From the NCBI GenBank assembly GCA_013115145.1, contig JAAPAO010000104.1, positions 12,262 through 76,261 of the forward strand: DNA of 64,000 nucleotides. The letters run 5' to 3'. A program made the position numbers and the translations under genes. The notes beneath the pieces are model-generated. The model did no database searches. It was not told where the DNA came from and saw only the letters and a program-made list of their open reading frames with translations. Each line of letters opens with the position of its first letter. Positions within the stretch are counted from its first letter, which is position 1. Source of the DNA: Perkinsus chesapeaki ATCC PRA-425. Taxonomy: Eukaryota > Protista > Perkinsozoa. This document shows, in pieces, positions 10,001-21,350 of the stretch.

Positions 10001-13000
10001 ATCAACTAACTGTGGAGCACTACTGCTAGCACTGCCCACTGCATCACCACTAGTAGCAGAAGTAACAAAACCGGGAGCTGACGACGTTGTAGTCGAACGA
10101 GACTTGGGCTTCCGTGCAGTTGTAGAAGCTGCCACAGTCTGTGGCTCATCCATGCTCGTAGTCGCTGGCGGGTTTGACGTCGTACCTTTGCTGCTTGAAC
10201 TGCCACGAAGGGACTGAGTCAATGAAGTCTTAAACCGACTCTCTTCCTTTGTTGTACGACTATAAGGCGCAGCATCTTTCCTTTTCTGCAGCCTAGCTTT
10301 CTTCTGCTCAATAGCCGCCTTCGCAAAAAAGGTCATCAACTCCTCAATACCACTGCTAACAGTCGAACAAACTGAGTTGCCAGAATTGCGCGTACCAGCA
10401 TGAGGAAATAACTCACACGTGTTCGCGTAACCGCATGTGCCCCAGCCCGGCTCAGGGTTCAGCATAAGCCGTTTAGGGCCCTGAGGATCTCGTGAAATTT
10501 TAATTCCGATTAGTATTCTTACGACAAGCTGACGTGATGTATAAACTGGAGAGACCATGTCTGGTACGCAGCGGGCAAGGCCCGCAAAGCGCTAGGACGC
10601 TTTTCAAAGCTTTTCGCTAGGAGATGGTCGATTCCCCCAGCCATACTATGGCTGCCATAGCAACACAACTCTGGAAGAGATGGGAAATATACATGGCAAA
10701 ATGACACGTGACAACTCACAAACAGCGCGCAATTCCGTGAGTGTGCAGACTCTGAGCACTTGCCATTCATCTGTCGCTTTGACGTTTCATTCCTTTTGAT
10801 ATTTTTTGGCAAGAACGGATCCAAATGTACGACGGAAATGAGAGAAGAGGCACTGGAACTCTCCACACAATGGGAAATATACATGGCAGCTTTCTTCTGC
10901 TCAATAGCAGCCTTCGCAAAAAAGGTCATCAACTCCTCAATACCACTGCTAACAGCCGAACAAACTGAGTTGCCAGAATTGCGCGTACCAGCATGAGGAA
11001 ATAACTCACACGTGTTCGCGTAACCGCATGTGCCCCAGCCCGGCTCAGGGTTTAGCATAAGCCGTTTAGGGCCCTGAGGATCTCGTGAAATTTTGATTCC
11101 GATGAGTATTCTTACGACAAGCTGACGTGATGTATCAATGAAGAGGACAAATTTACCGAATTCATTTCAGTCGACCGTTTGCTTCAGTACTCGGAAGTTA
11201 GTGCGCAGTAATTGGGCAGGAAGATTTCCAGGGAGGATAAATACATCGCGACGATCACCGAACTCGAGGAACTCGGAATAGAAACTGGCGCATACTCACG
11301 GAACCATTCCTCATGGAGCACCAGCCAGGGCTCTTAGCACAGAAACGTACTTATTTATATCAGCGGTGGCTGCAGGCCTATAACCTTAGGGGGGTAGAGA
11401 GGCAAGACACTTTTTATGAGTGTCCGACTCGGATTCCAAGTCTTGGAACTACACCTTGAGATACTAGGTTTTTTGAATGATTAAGCCCGTGGCAACGGCC
11501 ACGGATGGCGGGACTGCAGTCTCTGTAATGCCTTCTGGGCACCTTGTAAGCTGCGGGAGTTGGATGGCCGGAAAGGCCTGGATGGTGAGTTTTCGAAGGT
11601 AGACCGCTAAGGCATCAATAGAGTCAAAGTCGGTGAGAGCCACCTTTGCCAGATCACGGAAAGACTTAACCGGAGTGGCGCCATATCGGCGACGGAGCTC
11701 GGCCTTGACCGTACTTAAGCGAGTCGAGGGAGAGTCAGTGGACTGGCCAAGGAGAGTGCTCACGGTGGCATAGGCCCCGTCTGTGACACTCAAGGTCAGC
11801 AGGCAGAGCGTGGCTTCAGCCGACAAACGAAGGCCAGAAGCAATGATGTTGAGCTTGTCGAGAAACTCTTCGACGTCCGTTTGACCTTTCGATGCACCAT
11901 CCCAACTGAACGCATAGCGTTTGAGGCTGCCTAGGTGTTGAGGGTCACCCGCGGACGCCACCAGGGATTGGCCGTATTTAGCCGCAGCCACCGAGGCAGT
12001 AAACTCCTGCTGGGAGACTGTGGGAACCGCAGGGGCTCCCGAGCGGGGAGGAGGGGGTCCTCGCCTAGAAGGGATCTCGAGGGAGAGTGCCTGCTTCGGC
12101 ACTGGAAAAAAGGGCGGTGGAGCCTTGGCATAACGCACCGAACTGCTCTTGGCCGCCATCTGGCGAGGGCCGGAACCGCTGGTCCCACCGGAGGGGAGGG
12201 CTCCCGCGGTGTCAACGAGCCCGGGAGGGAGCTCGTGCTGGCCATCAACCTGCGGGTCATCGCCATGAGGCGAGGGACGAGAACCGCCAGCAGGGGAGAA
12301 CATTGAACTAAACTATCAAGGGATTTCCTGGGTCTGGGCACCAGTTGGATGCCCGAACACAACAACCGGTAGGTTGCAGATAATAGCTTAGAGAACGGCT
12401 ACGAAGGAGACTGCGGAAGTGGCGTCACCGAGGCGTCATGTCACCGCGTGCGACAGGCGCGCGTCGCGGGCGTGCGATATCTGTGTGGGCCTGCCACTGC
12501 GGGTAAGCAGCTGGCGCTATGGCGTGGGTTGTTCGATAACGGTTATTCATCAGCTATGCGCGTGCGTGCAGCCTGCATAGATTGCCACTGCCTAGTTATG
12601 TCGAGTTTATCGTGTCAATAACGTCCCTCTTTGATTGAGCTTGCATGAAAATGCCCTACCGTTGAGGTTATCTCCGTTGAGAAACACTCAGAGTGGTTTG
12701 ATCGAACTGCTTCGTTAATCCGACAACAGTGACAACATTATTGTCACATCAACTTCATTCCCTCCAAAAAGATTCTCCTAGTGAACTTTGAAAGTATCAA
12801 TAATATCATCCGGATTCAAGCTTTCAAGCCTCTCACGAACAGTATTGTCTATATGAAGTTTATTCTTGAGATATAAAATGGAAAGTTCACAACTATGTTC
12901 AAAAAAATATAAATCCTGCCTGTCAGGAGCAATCTTCTCTTCTTGGGTCCGATCTCCGTTCTCTTCCACACTTTTCCATTTAGGAGAAGTTGGCTTTTTG

Positions 13001-14309
13001 AAAGACTATCGAAGACTTAATGTAGCCGTTACTCGAGCAAAGAGACAACTAGTTATTGTGGGGGACTCCGAGACTATTGGAGCAGACGAAGTCTGTTGCG
13101 GTTATGTCTGCAGGTTTCCCGTTTGTCTTACCGCATACCAGGTACTGGCAACCTTGTACAGCTATGCCAGCGACAGTGGATTCATAATACCTGCACTCAG
13201 TGTTGTTGCTGATGTCTCCGAACTCTCAAACTACCTCGCGGTAGTCCCACCACCGAGGACGTCTCGTGTCGTCCATGATGGGGAGAAAAGGAAAGATCCC
13301 AAGGCAAGTCACTAGCCGGAATCCTGGGGCACGGCAAGCGTTTGGAGGATTTTCTCGACGTGCCCTCTCTCCAATTCATATCCTTCTCAGGCCAAATCCG
13401 CCAAGAACCATCAAGCCGTTAGTAAAGTTCCAGCGCGTCAAGTCGAGGCTCAAACTTGCGAACGCATACCTGAAATACCCCAAGCTCGAGCCGACTTGTC
13501 ATTGGAAGAAGTCGATGCTATACTGGATTCACTTGCACCGGACGAGACGCATTCATTCGACAGTTCGCTCAGTGCTGCTTCACGCCGTCTGGTGCATGAA
13601 CGCTCGGAGCTGAGAGGGTTCAAGCATGGCAGCAGTGGTGATGGTGCTATGCGGTATGTCTGGGTACGTGCGGCCAGTGGGCCTGGAGAAGACTCGGGCT
13701 CGGAGGCTTCCGCGCAAGGTAGGTTTCCCAAGGGCATCGCCACTGAGGGTTGTACACTCTTTTCAGCTCCCAAAGTTGTTCACGATGAAGAGCCTGCAGC
13801 TTCTTTCTCTACGAAAAGTAAAACTCAGAAAAGAGCGGACGCTCGCATTCGGCCCAAACCAAAGAAGCATGCCAAGGCAGAGCCTCTAACAAGGAAAGAC
13901 AAACCGGCCAACATTTGCGCCTATGCAGACTGTAGGGGACATGGCCAGGCACTCCGGAGTAGGCAGAATTTCTTCAGGTCCATCCGTAGTGTCTACTTAT
14001 GGTTTGCCGTGCAAGTATTGTGACCATCGTTTTTGTTTCTCTCACATACTTGCTGAAGTTCACGGCTGCGGGGACAAAGCTTCCAAGGCCGCTCGCGTAC
14101 CATTCATCAGTGTACAGCCTTAGTTTGACCTCATTTCTGTTTAGGCAGCGTATAAGCGCGACATGACCTCCCACACTCGGGGCCAGGGCCTCATTAATCC
14201 TTCTGTTGCGGGGTCCGAAGCGAAACGGAAGGTTGTGGCCAACAGACTGGCAGATAAAATCAAAGAGGCTCAGGAAAAGCGTCGGGCTAAACCTAAAAAA
14301 AGGAAATGA
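4081..14309 (+). CDS. IGHMBP2: IGHMBP2/SMUBP-2-like SF1 (Upf1-family) helicase with R3H and AN1 zinc-finger domains
   Basis: N-terminal [16 protein letters not shown]; Walker [10 protein letters not shown] (6032-6058); [17 protein letters not shown]; DEAAQ (7328-7342); LAGDHKQL; QYRMN; VISPYNRQV; TVDSYQGQE; [12 protein letters not shown] (~13010); R3[11 protein letters not shown] (~13580); [20 protein letters not shown] (~14010); stop TGA 14307-14309. Confidence 0.93.
9465..9715 (-). mobile_element. Degenerate IS630/Tc1/mariner DDE transposase relic in the IGHMBP2 intron
   Basis: Minus-strand frames read [24 protein letters not shown] and [15 protein letters not shown], matching the Tc1 motifs (F/L)QQDNxxxH and SPDLNPIExLW. 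D-to-E spacing is ~112 nt, with stops and frameshifts. Confidence 0.6.
10295..11135. repeat. 248-bp direct repeat pair (10295-10542 and 10888-11135)
   Basis: Near-identical copies from AGCTTTCTTCTGCTCAATAGC to GCTGACGTGATGTAT with only scattered mismatches, offset 593 bp. Confidence 0.9.
11464..12303 (-). mobile_element. Gag-like ORF of a truncated LTR retrotransposon
   Basis: 279-aa intronless ORF with a Pro/Ser-rich N-terminus, then [33 protein letters not shown]-type capsid-like segment (seen as [10 protein letters not shown]). It lies immediately downstream of a PBS-like site. Confidence 0.65.
12326..12343 (-). promoter_or_regulatory. tRNA primer-binding site (PBS) of the LTR element
   Basis: Minus strand ...GGCATCCA AC TGGTGCCCAGACCCAGGA: a CA LTR-type end, 2-nt spacer, then 18 nt complementary to a tRNA 3' end (TC-CTGGG-TCTGGGC-A-CCA fits T-stem, acceptor strand, discriminator and CCA). 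Confidence 0.65.
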
Positions 14310-14411
14310 ATGTTTCTTGCTCATCGCTGATATGTTGTCTGTTATTCACTCAAAAGGAATACGCTTAGTTGTGACGGTCTTCTTCCTTGACACCAACGGT
14401 TCTGGTTTTCT

Positions 14412-16178
14412 ATGCCATCGTTCAGTCTCGACCGGCGGCTTAAGGGGCACACACAAGTTGTGACGAGTGTGCGATATAATCATAATGGAAGGTGCTGTAT
14501 TCCATCTAGCTCTACGTGTTCATCACGTCGTGCTGTAGATACTGCATGAGTACCTCGCAAGATCGTTCTATAAGACTGTGGAACCCTTCTAGCAGCTCTT
14601 GTGAGCCTATCAAAACATATACTGGACCTCATAATAGGGATGTCAACGACTGCTGTAAGTAAGCGCCTTGTCTCTGCTATACGCTTAACAACACTTCTAT
14701 TGCTACACGCAAACAAGCCTCAATTGCTCAATCAGTTTCAGTATGTAATCCTTCATCAGGCTATGTGCCTCAGGTATGACAGACGATAATGCAAAGTTCA
14801 TCTCTGCCGGCGGTGATAAATCAGTCTTCTTATGGGATGTCGCCACGGCTAAAGTTATCAGAAGATTCGCCAGACACAAAGGACCCGTGAGTCCGTAAAT
14901 ATCTGTTCCTCATGGACCTGATCTTCGTGTATTCTGGTTGCTTGAATACGTTGCACTCAGGTTAACTGCTGCGACTTCGCTGGACAGGAGCAAAATATAT
15001 TGATAACCGGAAGCAATGATAAAACTGTGAGAGCAGCTGCTATTTGTTCATACGTTCGTGCGGCGCACTTCAACCCGTCTTTGACTGAATTAATTCACAA
15101 ACCCACGGTGTGTTTCGGTGCACTTTCACCACCCCTATCCGAAAGGTTGGAAAGGAATCATAACAACCTGTAATTTGTATTTCCAAGGTCTGTATCAAGA
15201 TTTCGATAGACTCCCTCTTGATAGACTCCCTCCTACTTCTTTTATCCCGCCTTCGTTAGATGCCCGTCCAGAGCGCGCATCTCTAGATGTCGCGTACTGT
15301 AGCTCTCTCCGTATGATGATCTACTTAGGTTATGCTGTGGGACTGGCGCGCCTTTACCAACAACCGGCCATTGCAGACATTGACAGAAGCTTATGATTCA
15401 GTTCAGGCCATAAAAGTGATAAACGAGTAAGTTTTCCGTTGAGGTCTAACGTTTCTCAAGAGCTTGAAGATGTCTAGACTTCCCAGGCGCACACACCCTT
15501 GTGGCACAAGGCTTGTGCATGATATCAGCTCCCATATTATTATTCGGCTCCTACATACGCCATAGATACGAACTCCTGACAGGGAGTGTTGACGGATGCC
15601 TAAGACGCTATGATATCCGCTACGGTCGACTTACGGTAGATGAATTTGACGGGCAGTCAATCACTTGCATTTCACCAAGTAAGAGCTTACGAAATAGTCT
15701 TACCAACTAGAATCTGTGATGCTCCAGGTTCGGACTCTCGGTATCTCTTGCTCGGCATGCTTGATAGCGGTATACGGTTATTTGAGACACAAACAAATCG
15801 CGTCATCAAGAACTACAAGGGCAAACACGTGAACCGGACATACAAAACCTACTGTACATTCGACGGGTCAGAGAATCTAGTCCTCACGGGCTCAGAGGCC
15901 GGCAGCTTGGTCTGGTATGATGTTGCAGATGATGACATAACAGGTAGGCTAAGTATGAGCACACATGCGTACCGCACGACATGCGAATGAGTTCCGCACA
16001 ATTTGGCGAATCAGGTGCCGCTATGGCGCCGAGCAACAGTGGTGCAATATTGTGCGTGCGGGCTTATGAATCCCAAGTATTGGCCACAACGCAATCTGGC
16101 GAAATACTAGTGTACCACTATGATCCTGACCAGTCCAGTACCGTTATTGGACCGGCGAAACCTAACGTTTCAAATTGA
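14412..16178 (+). CDS. WDR83: WD40-repeat protein, WDR83/MORG1-like
   Basis: Spliced exons read LKGHTQVVTSVRYNHNG, YCMSTSQDRSIRLWNP, FISAGGDKSVFLWDVATAKVIRRF, ILITGSNDKTV, VMLWDWRA..PLQTLTEA, ELLTGSVDGCLRRYDIRYG, YKGKHVN, VLTGSEAGSLVWYD. Confidence 0.8.
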
Positions 16179-16514
16179 ATCACTCTGCTTTGAGCTAGTC
16201 ATTTACTATAGACGAAAATACGTACTATAATGGCAGTGGGTTTAACCTCGATGGTTTGGAAGACCCAAAACTGTGTTTGCCGTTTTTAACCCAACACCGT
16301 TTTCATTTGTTACTCCAAATGACATCCGACTGGTGGAGTATATCGAAATTCGAAGTAACACAGTTTGTTTTTGTTCTTGTTGGCACCTCAGTTCGGCAGG
16401 TGAGCCAAAGAGCTTATTTGACATTCTCGTCGAATATGACTTTGCAAGGTTCTCGATGCAATTCTCATCGTGCTACTCCCGATCGGTTACATCATATCGC
16501 GTGTATGGTCTCGT

Positions 16515-18352
16515 ATGAGATGTCCTGCAAGTCCTCCCAGCGCCGTGTTAATCACGGGAGCCGGCGGAGAAGGGCTCGGCGCAGCGCTTGCTCTGAAGTA
16601 TGTTACCCTCCAAGTCGCGTTAGTATTCTCAAAGATACGCGTCTCCGTCAACACGGAAACTGATTCTCACTGATGTGCGTCGGGAATCGCTCGCCGCTGT
16701 GGCTGGAGCTTGTCGCGCAAAAGGTAAGCCTAACTGCCTAGTCGATCGCTTTTATCAATTCCTGAAGAATGCCCTTAGCCCTCCACCCACGAGAATTTTC
16801 GTTTGCCATCCTTCAGGCGCCATCGAAGTCATAACCGTTGAGGCTGACGTTTGCGATGCCCTAGCAATGCGAAAGCTCGCGGAGCTCCACCCCGATGTTG
16901 ATCTAGTCATCGCCAACGCAGGTGCTCATTGCTACATTGCTGAAGCATATCTGTCGCTTTTTCGACAGGTGTTGCCGCTCACACGGTCTCAGGCGCTAGT
17001 GCTGCACAACCCACACCTCCTGTGACAGAGTCTTCTGCCAAACTACTGAGCGTTAATGTTCTAGGTGTCATGAACACGGTGAGTTTCACTCTGCTCGACT
17101 GGCTAAGTCTCCTCTAATTGGTCGGCACGCCACGCAATAGTATTACAACTGGTGTAGTCTATGAGATTTAGCTAGCTATGTGTCTCTGATAATAAGCAAA
17201 CAATCCAATGCCTTTGGCCAGAAAAAATGATGTTATGGTAGAACAGCGCGAAACGGGGCGAGGAGTCATCTATTATTACTCCTCCATCCCAAATGCTATT
17301 CTGCTGGTTGCAATCCGATTATTACTACCGTGCTTCACATCTCTTAAACAGAGCTCAAATAAGCATAAACATCGGAGACCATTTCTAAAGTCACCAGACA
17401 ATCATCAAGCGAATCGCTTGAAACAATGTTGATAGACGCTAGTGACTAGAATGAAGCAAGTATAAGGCAATAGAATGACAGGTATCAACAGTACTTCTCG
17501 TGTATCTGGAACCCTCTCTCTTTCTCCGGATTTCCACTTTGGTTCAGATGGTGACTAGCACAATGCATTAGAGAGGTTGCTCTTGTGCATGTGTATTTCG
17601 GACACGGTATTGTTAAATTTGCAAGCATTGGGAATGGCGGTTACTGGCGTCTCCTGCCAAGATACTCCCTTACGTTGATCCGATGCGTCAGCGCGGTCGA
17701 GGCCATCTTGTCATAATGTCGTCGATGGGTAGGTATTTCTTCAGTCTCCGCAGTTGACTAGCATCCTCGTGTGTAGGGTCGTATCTCCCAACCGCTGCAT
17801 CTCCCGAGTATCACGCCAGTAAGGCTTGTGTGAGAGTCTACGGAGAGTCTTTGAGAGTTCTACTTCGCGGCAGTGGAGTTAATGTTACAGTTATATGCCC
17901 AGGATTCGTAAGTAACCGATGGCGTATTACTATGGTATATCCCTGAGAACACATCGACTATGTGTACCTTTTTCCTTCCATTGGTAGCCGTTACTGCTGC
18001 TTTCTAGGAATATCATCTCAAATGAATGAGTTTTGCTGGTAATTTTTCTTTTTCAGGTCAAGACTCCAATGACAGATATCGCTGCATCGCGTCGTGTTCA
18101 CCCACTACCACTTATGATGTCCGTGGCAGCTGCAGCTAACTATTGCAAGGAAGGCATCGATGCGAACATGGCAGTAGTGAACTTCCCCAATCTGGTGAGC
18201 TCTTCCTGGTGGCGAGCGAAATGATCCATTCTTAGCTCCTGTGGGTTACGGAAACGGTTATGAGTTGGCCTTCGGCAATTCGCGAGCTGATAATTCCGCG
18301 CCCTACAGGAGTTCAAGCATCAAGACTGTCTCGGATGTCAATGCAAAGATAG
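16515..18352 (+). CDS. Short-chain dehydrogenase/reductase (SDR)
   Basis: VLITGAGGEGLG Rossmann motif; VDLVIANAG; VNVLGVMN; GHLVIMSSMG; catalytic YHASK (~17808); VNVTVICPGF-VKTPMT; last exon LLWVTETVMSW..MQR* ends at 18352. Confidence 0.85.
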
Positions 18353-19277
18353 AATCGCATGCGGCCGTTCCGGATCATACGCTGACGTTGATGAACAAAG
18401 CTATTTTCTTTCTATTTTCAATTCTTGGCAGCTATGAGTTTTCTTGTTGGGTTTATGATAAACCCTTTATCTGCCCTCGTGGGGATGACAGTAGTGCGTA
18501 TTTGGAGAATATGAGCCTGTAACAGTGTTTCAGTCATTACCCGTTTCCTTGTGTTGCCCACGGGCGTTAATAGGAGGGCGTGGTACCGCTGAGCAATCGG
18601 CCCTGAACCTAAGGTGTGGCACCTTGGTAAATCGGTAAACGTATCGTGAAGATGCAAATGGAGAGTAATCACTGCTAGTAGCCCTGCAGTCGTCACATCG
18701 TTGGTTTTCGCTGTTAGCTCTGTTTGTTTCAGTTCATCTAACAAGCGCCGATAACTCAACTCGCTGCTATTACTGTGATAATGAGCCGATAAACCAATAA
18801 TAAGATAATCGGATAACACGACTCTCAATAAACTATGTATTTGACTGCAACTTAAACCCGTTGCATGGTATCGCACTATGCGTGTGAATTCCAACACTCG
18901 AAACAGATGATCGAAGGAGGAAAAAGCAGCGAGCGATCGATCGTGAACTAACGGATTGGTACATATATTTCAACAAAGACTTGAAATTGCTCGCAACCAC
19001 TGGCTAACTGATAGTCGAGCCTTCATCGTAGAATCCACGACGATGTATAAAACACACATAGCAATACTATGATTCAAACTAACGTCCCTAGTTCAAGGTA
19101 GCTGGTAGTCGGTAGGTTAAAAACTCATGACGGTAGACGGTAGGTTTCAAAAACTTTTGGTAGTTGTAGTTCAATATTGGTGGTAATATCCGTACTTGGC
19201 TCTATTGTACGTATAAGACACCGATGCTCTTAGTAGTGATTGGTTAGAAGAGTCTGGCATTAGATCTGTTGGGTCCA

Positions 19278-20378
19278 TTATATCAGATTAGCAAAGCCGA
19301 TCCTTCTTTGGCTTGGCTGAAACTCCACATATCTATCGATAAATATGAAGCCAGGCAAAAACCAACTATCTCCAGGGCTCTGACTGATAGCCAGACTGCA
19401 GATTCCATGGAAGTTCCGAGTGTAGTGCTTGCCAGCCATGGTTAATAGAACAGAACCTCCGCGGCCCAAGCCAACAAATAGCATAGGGAAATAGGAAATA
19501 TACGAGCAGCCAAATTCCCATATTCTGAGGGCGGGTATCCAGCTGATTTGTACTTTAGTTTTCGCAGCCTTCGATACTTGATCTGATATATCTTGTATGA
19601 AACCGCCAGCGAAGCTTTGCGGGATCACTAAGCCTTGACCACCACTATCTATCAAGATAGACTTGTTTATTCCTGTTTTTTTTCGACCGCCGGCAACTTG
19701 TAAGGTGTCGATCGTGACGAGATATTCTTGTTGGCTCAACAACGGGACATAACGCAGGGGGGCCACGTACAAATGAGGATCACCTCCACCAAGTAGAAGC
19801 TCACCTTTGGGAATAGTGTGAGGAGACGATGAACTCCTGATAAACATAGCAAAGGTTGGCCCAGCTATTTTACCTTGTAGTTGAGCCATAAGGGAGCGGT
19901 ACCCGGGTACTTCCCTTAAGCCTAAGCCGATGGAACTCATCGGTGCAACCACGTTAGGGGTCGGTTGCTGACCGGCCACCAGTCCGAATTGGATGGGGCT
20001 GACAGCACCCGCTGCAAAGACCAGTTGCCCTTGGTGCGAGAATATGTCGACTTCTGTACCGTCGGTATATTTTATAAATGTTAATGGGCCCACAGTGCAA
20101 CCTTTTGGGCATTGATAACATCCGGTGAGGAGAGTAGCGCACGCTCCAGGGCGAGTAAAATATTCGTACCAGTGCTTCCAAGTGAAGTAGAGGGCAGATG
20201 ATCCAGTGTCCACGAGAGCGTGCATCATCTGACCATCGACCGCGACATCCCCAAGAATAGCATAACCATAGGTTGGGATATTGGGGCGATGTGTGGTGAC
20301 CCTGATTACTTGGCCCACAGTAACAAACAACTCATTCACCATGGATAGCACTAGTAGAGGTATGATGAACCCAGACAT
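19278..20378 (-). CDS. Pepsin-like (A1) aspartyl protease, intronless, catalytic motifs intact
   Basis: Signal-like N-terminus; LVDTGSS (20202-20210); flap IKYTDG; GELLLGG; ILIDSGG (19641-19649); RYVEFQP..RIGFA. Confidence 0.9.
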   Translation of the reverse strand: MSGFIIPLLVLSMVNELFVTVGQVIRVTTHRPNIPTYGYAILGDVAVDGQMMHALVDTGSSALYFTWKHWYEYFTRPGACATLLTGCYQCPKGCTVGPLTFIKYTDGTEVDIFSHQGQLVFAAGAVSPIQFGLVAGQQPTPNVVAPMSSIGLGLREVPGYRSLMAQLQGKIAGPTFAMFIRSSSSPHTIPKGELLLGGGDPHLYVAPLRYVPLLSQQEYLVTIDTLQVAGGRKKTGINKSILIDSGGQGLVIPQSFAGGFIQDISDQVSKAAKTKVQISWIPALRIWEFGCSYISYFPMLFVGLGRGGSVLLTMAGKHYTRNFHGICSLAISQSPGDSWFLPGFIFIDRYVEFQPSQRRIGFANLI

Positions 20379-21085
20379 TATATAATTGAGTCCTCAACTT
20401 CACTGCTGAATGGTGACAGGGTTAATGAAGAACAGTCCTAATCACGTCTTACTCATGGTATCATTCGCGCAACAGACTAGACCCGCATGCATTCTGGAGC
20501 ATGTCGTGGTTGTATTCTAAGTGACACTTAGTAAGTGTTAAATTGTTCTAGCATCGGGCTAGCGCAGCTCCGTGAAAGAAATCCTACCGTCACTGCGCGG
20601 GTCGCACAGCCATATTTTTTAAGGAAAGCTATGCTATAGCACCCTGAATATCGTACTGCCATGCATTGTTCCGGCAGGATATGTTGACCCATGAGTGGCG
20701 CCCAGATTCAAGAGCTTAATTACTTCTCTCCGTTCCATTCGACGTGGGCACAGTCCTTCCAGCCTTTAGGGTTGGAACTTGTAGCGGTGCTCCACAGCCT
20801 TGCCTCTAGTGGAGACTCTCGGCATCAAGCAGACGGACGCAATCCCCCTGAAGAGGAAGGTTTTTTTGTTCTCTTCTTGCCGGCGCTGTCCCGCTGTTTC
20901 ACTCCGCGTTAGTGCCGAGCTCATCCTATGAACTACTAACAATTATCAGCAGCGCTACATCCGTAGTGTTTTGAGTGGCTACACTCTGTCTGCCATTGTG
21001 CTGCTGCGATTGCTGGCATCTCGTGAGATAAGTTGGAAGTAGATAGCTGTATAAGTTTCTCTCGGGTTGAGGCTCGCAACTTGAG

Positions 21086-21350
21086 AGTCCGATGACAGAT
21101 ATCGCTGCATCGCTTCGTGTCCACCCTCTACCATTTATAACGTCAGTGGCGGGCTGCCACCACCAGCTGCAGCTTAATATTTCAAGGGAGACATTGATGC
21201 GAGCGTGGCAGTATTGAACCTCTTCAATCTGGTGAGTTCTCCTAGGTGGCGAGCAAAAATTCTTAGCTTCTGTAGGTTACACAAACTGTTACGAGTGTTC
21301 GCGAGCTGATAATTCTACGCTTTGCAGGGGTTCAAGCGTCAAAGCTGCCC
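21086..21350 (+). pseudogene. Decayed duplicate of the last two SDR exons and their intron
   Basis: GATGACAGATATCGCTGCATCGC..CAATCTGGTGAG..TTCTTAGCT..CGCGAGCTGATAATT matches 18069-18300 but carries indels and stops, with no upstream SDR exons. Confidence 0.85.

Noticed and set aside
10295-11135. The 248-bp repeats as a pair of LTRs
   Set aside because: No TG..CA termini, PBS or PPT at their edges, and they do not match the sequence upstream of the PBS at 12346.
11388-11402. AGGGGGGTAGAGAGG as the polypurine tract of the gag element
   Set aside because: It is on the wrong strand for a minus-oriented element, and no LTR follows it.
12326-12343. tRNA gene
   Set aside because: Only the 3'-terminal 18 nt including CCA are present, with no cloverleaf; this fits a PBS.
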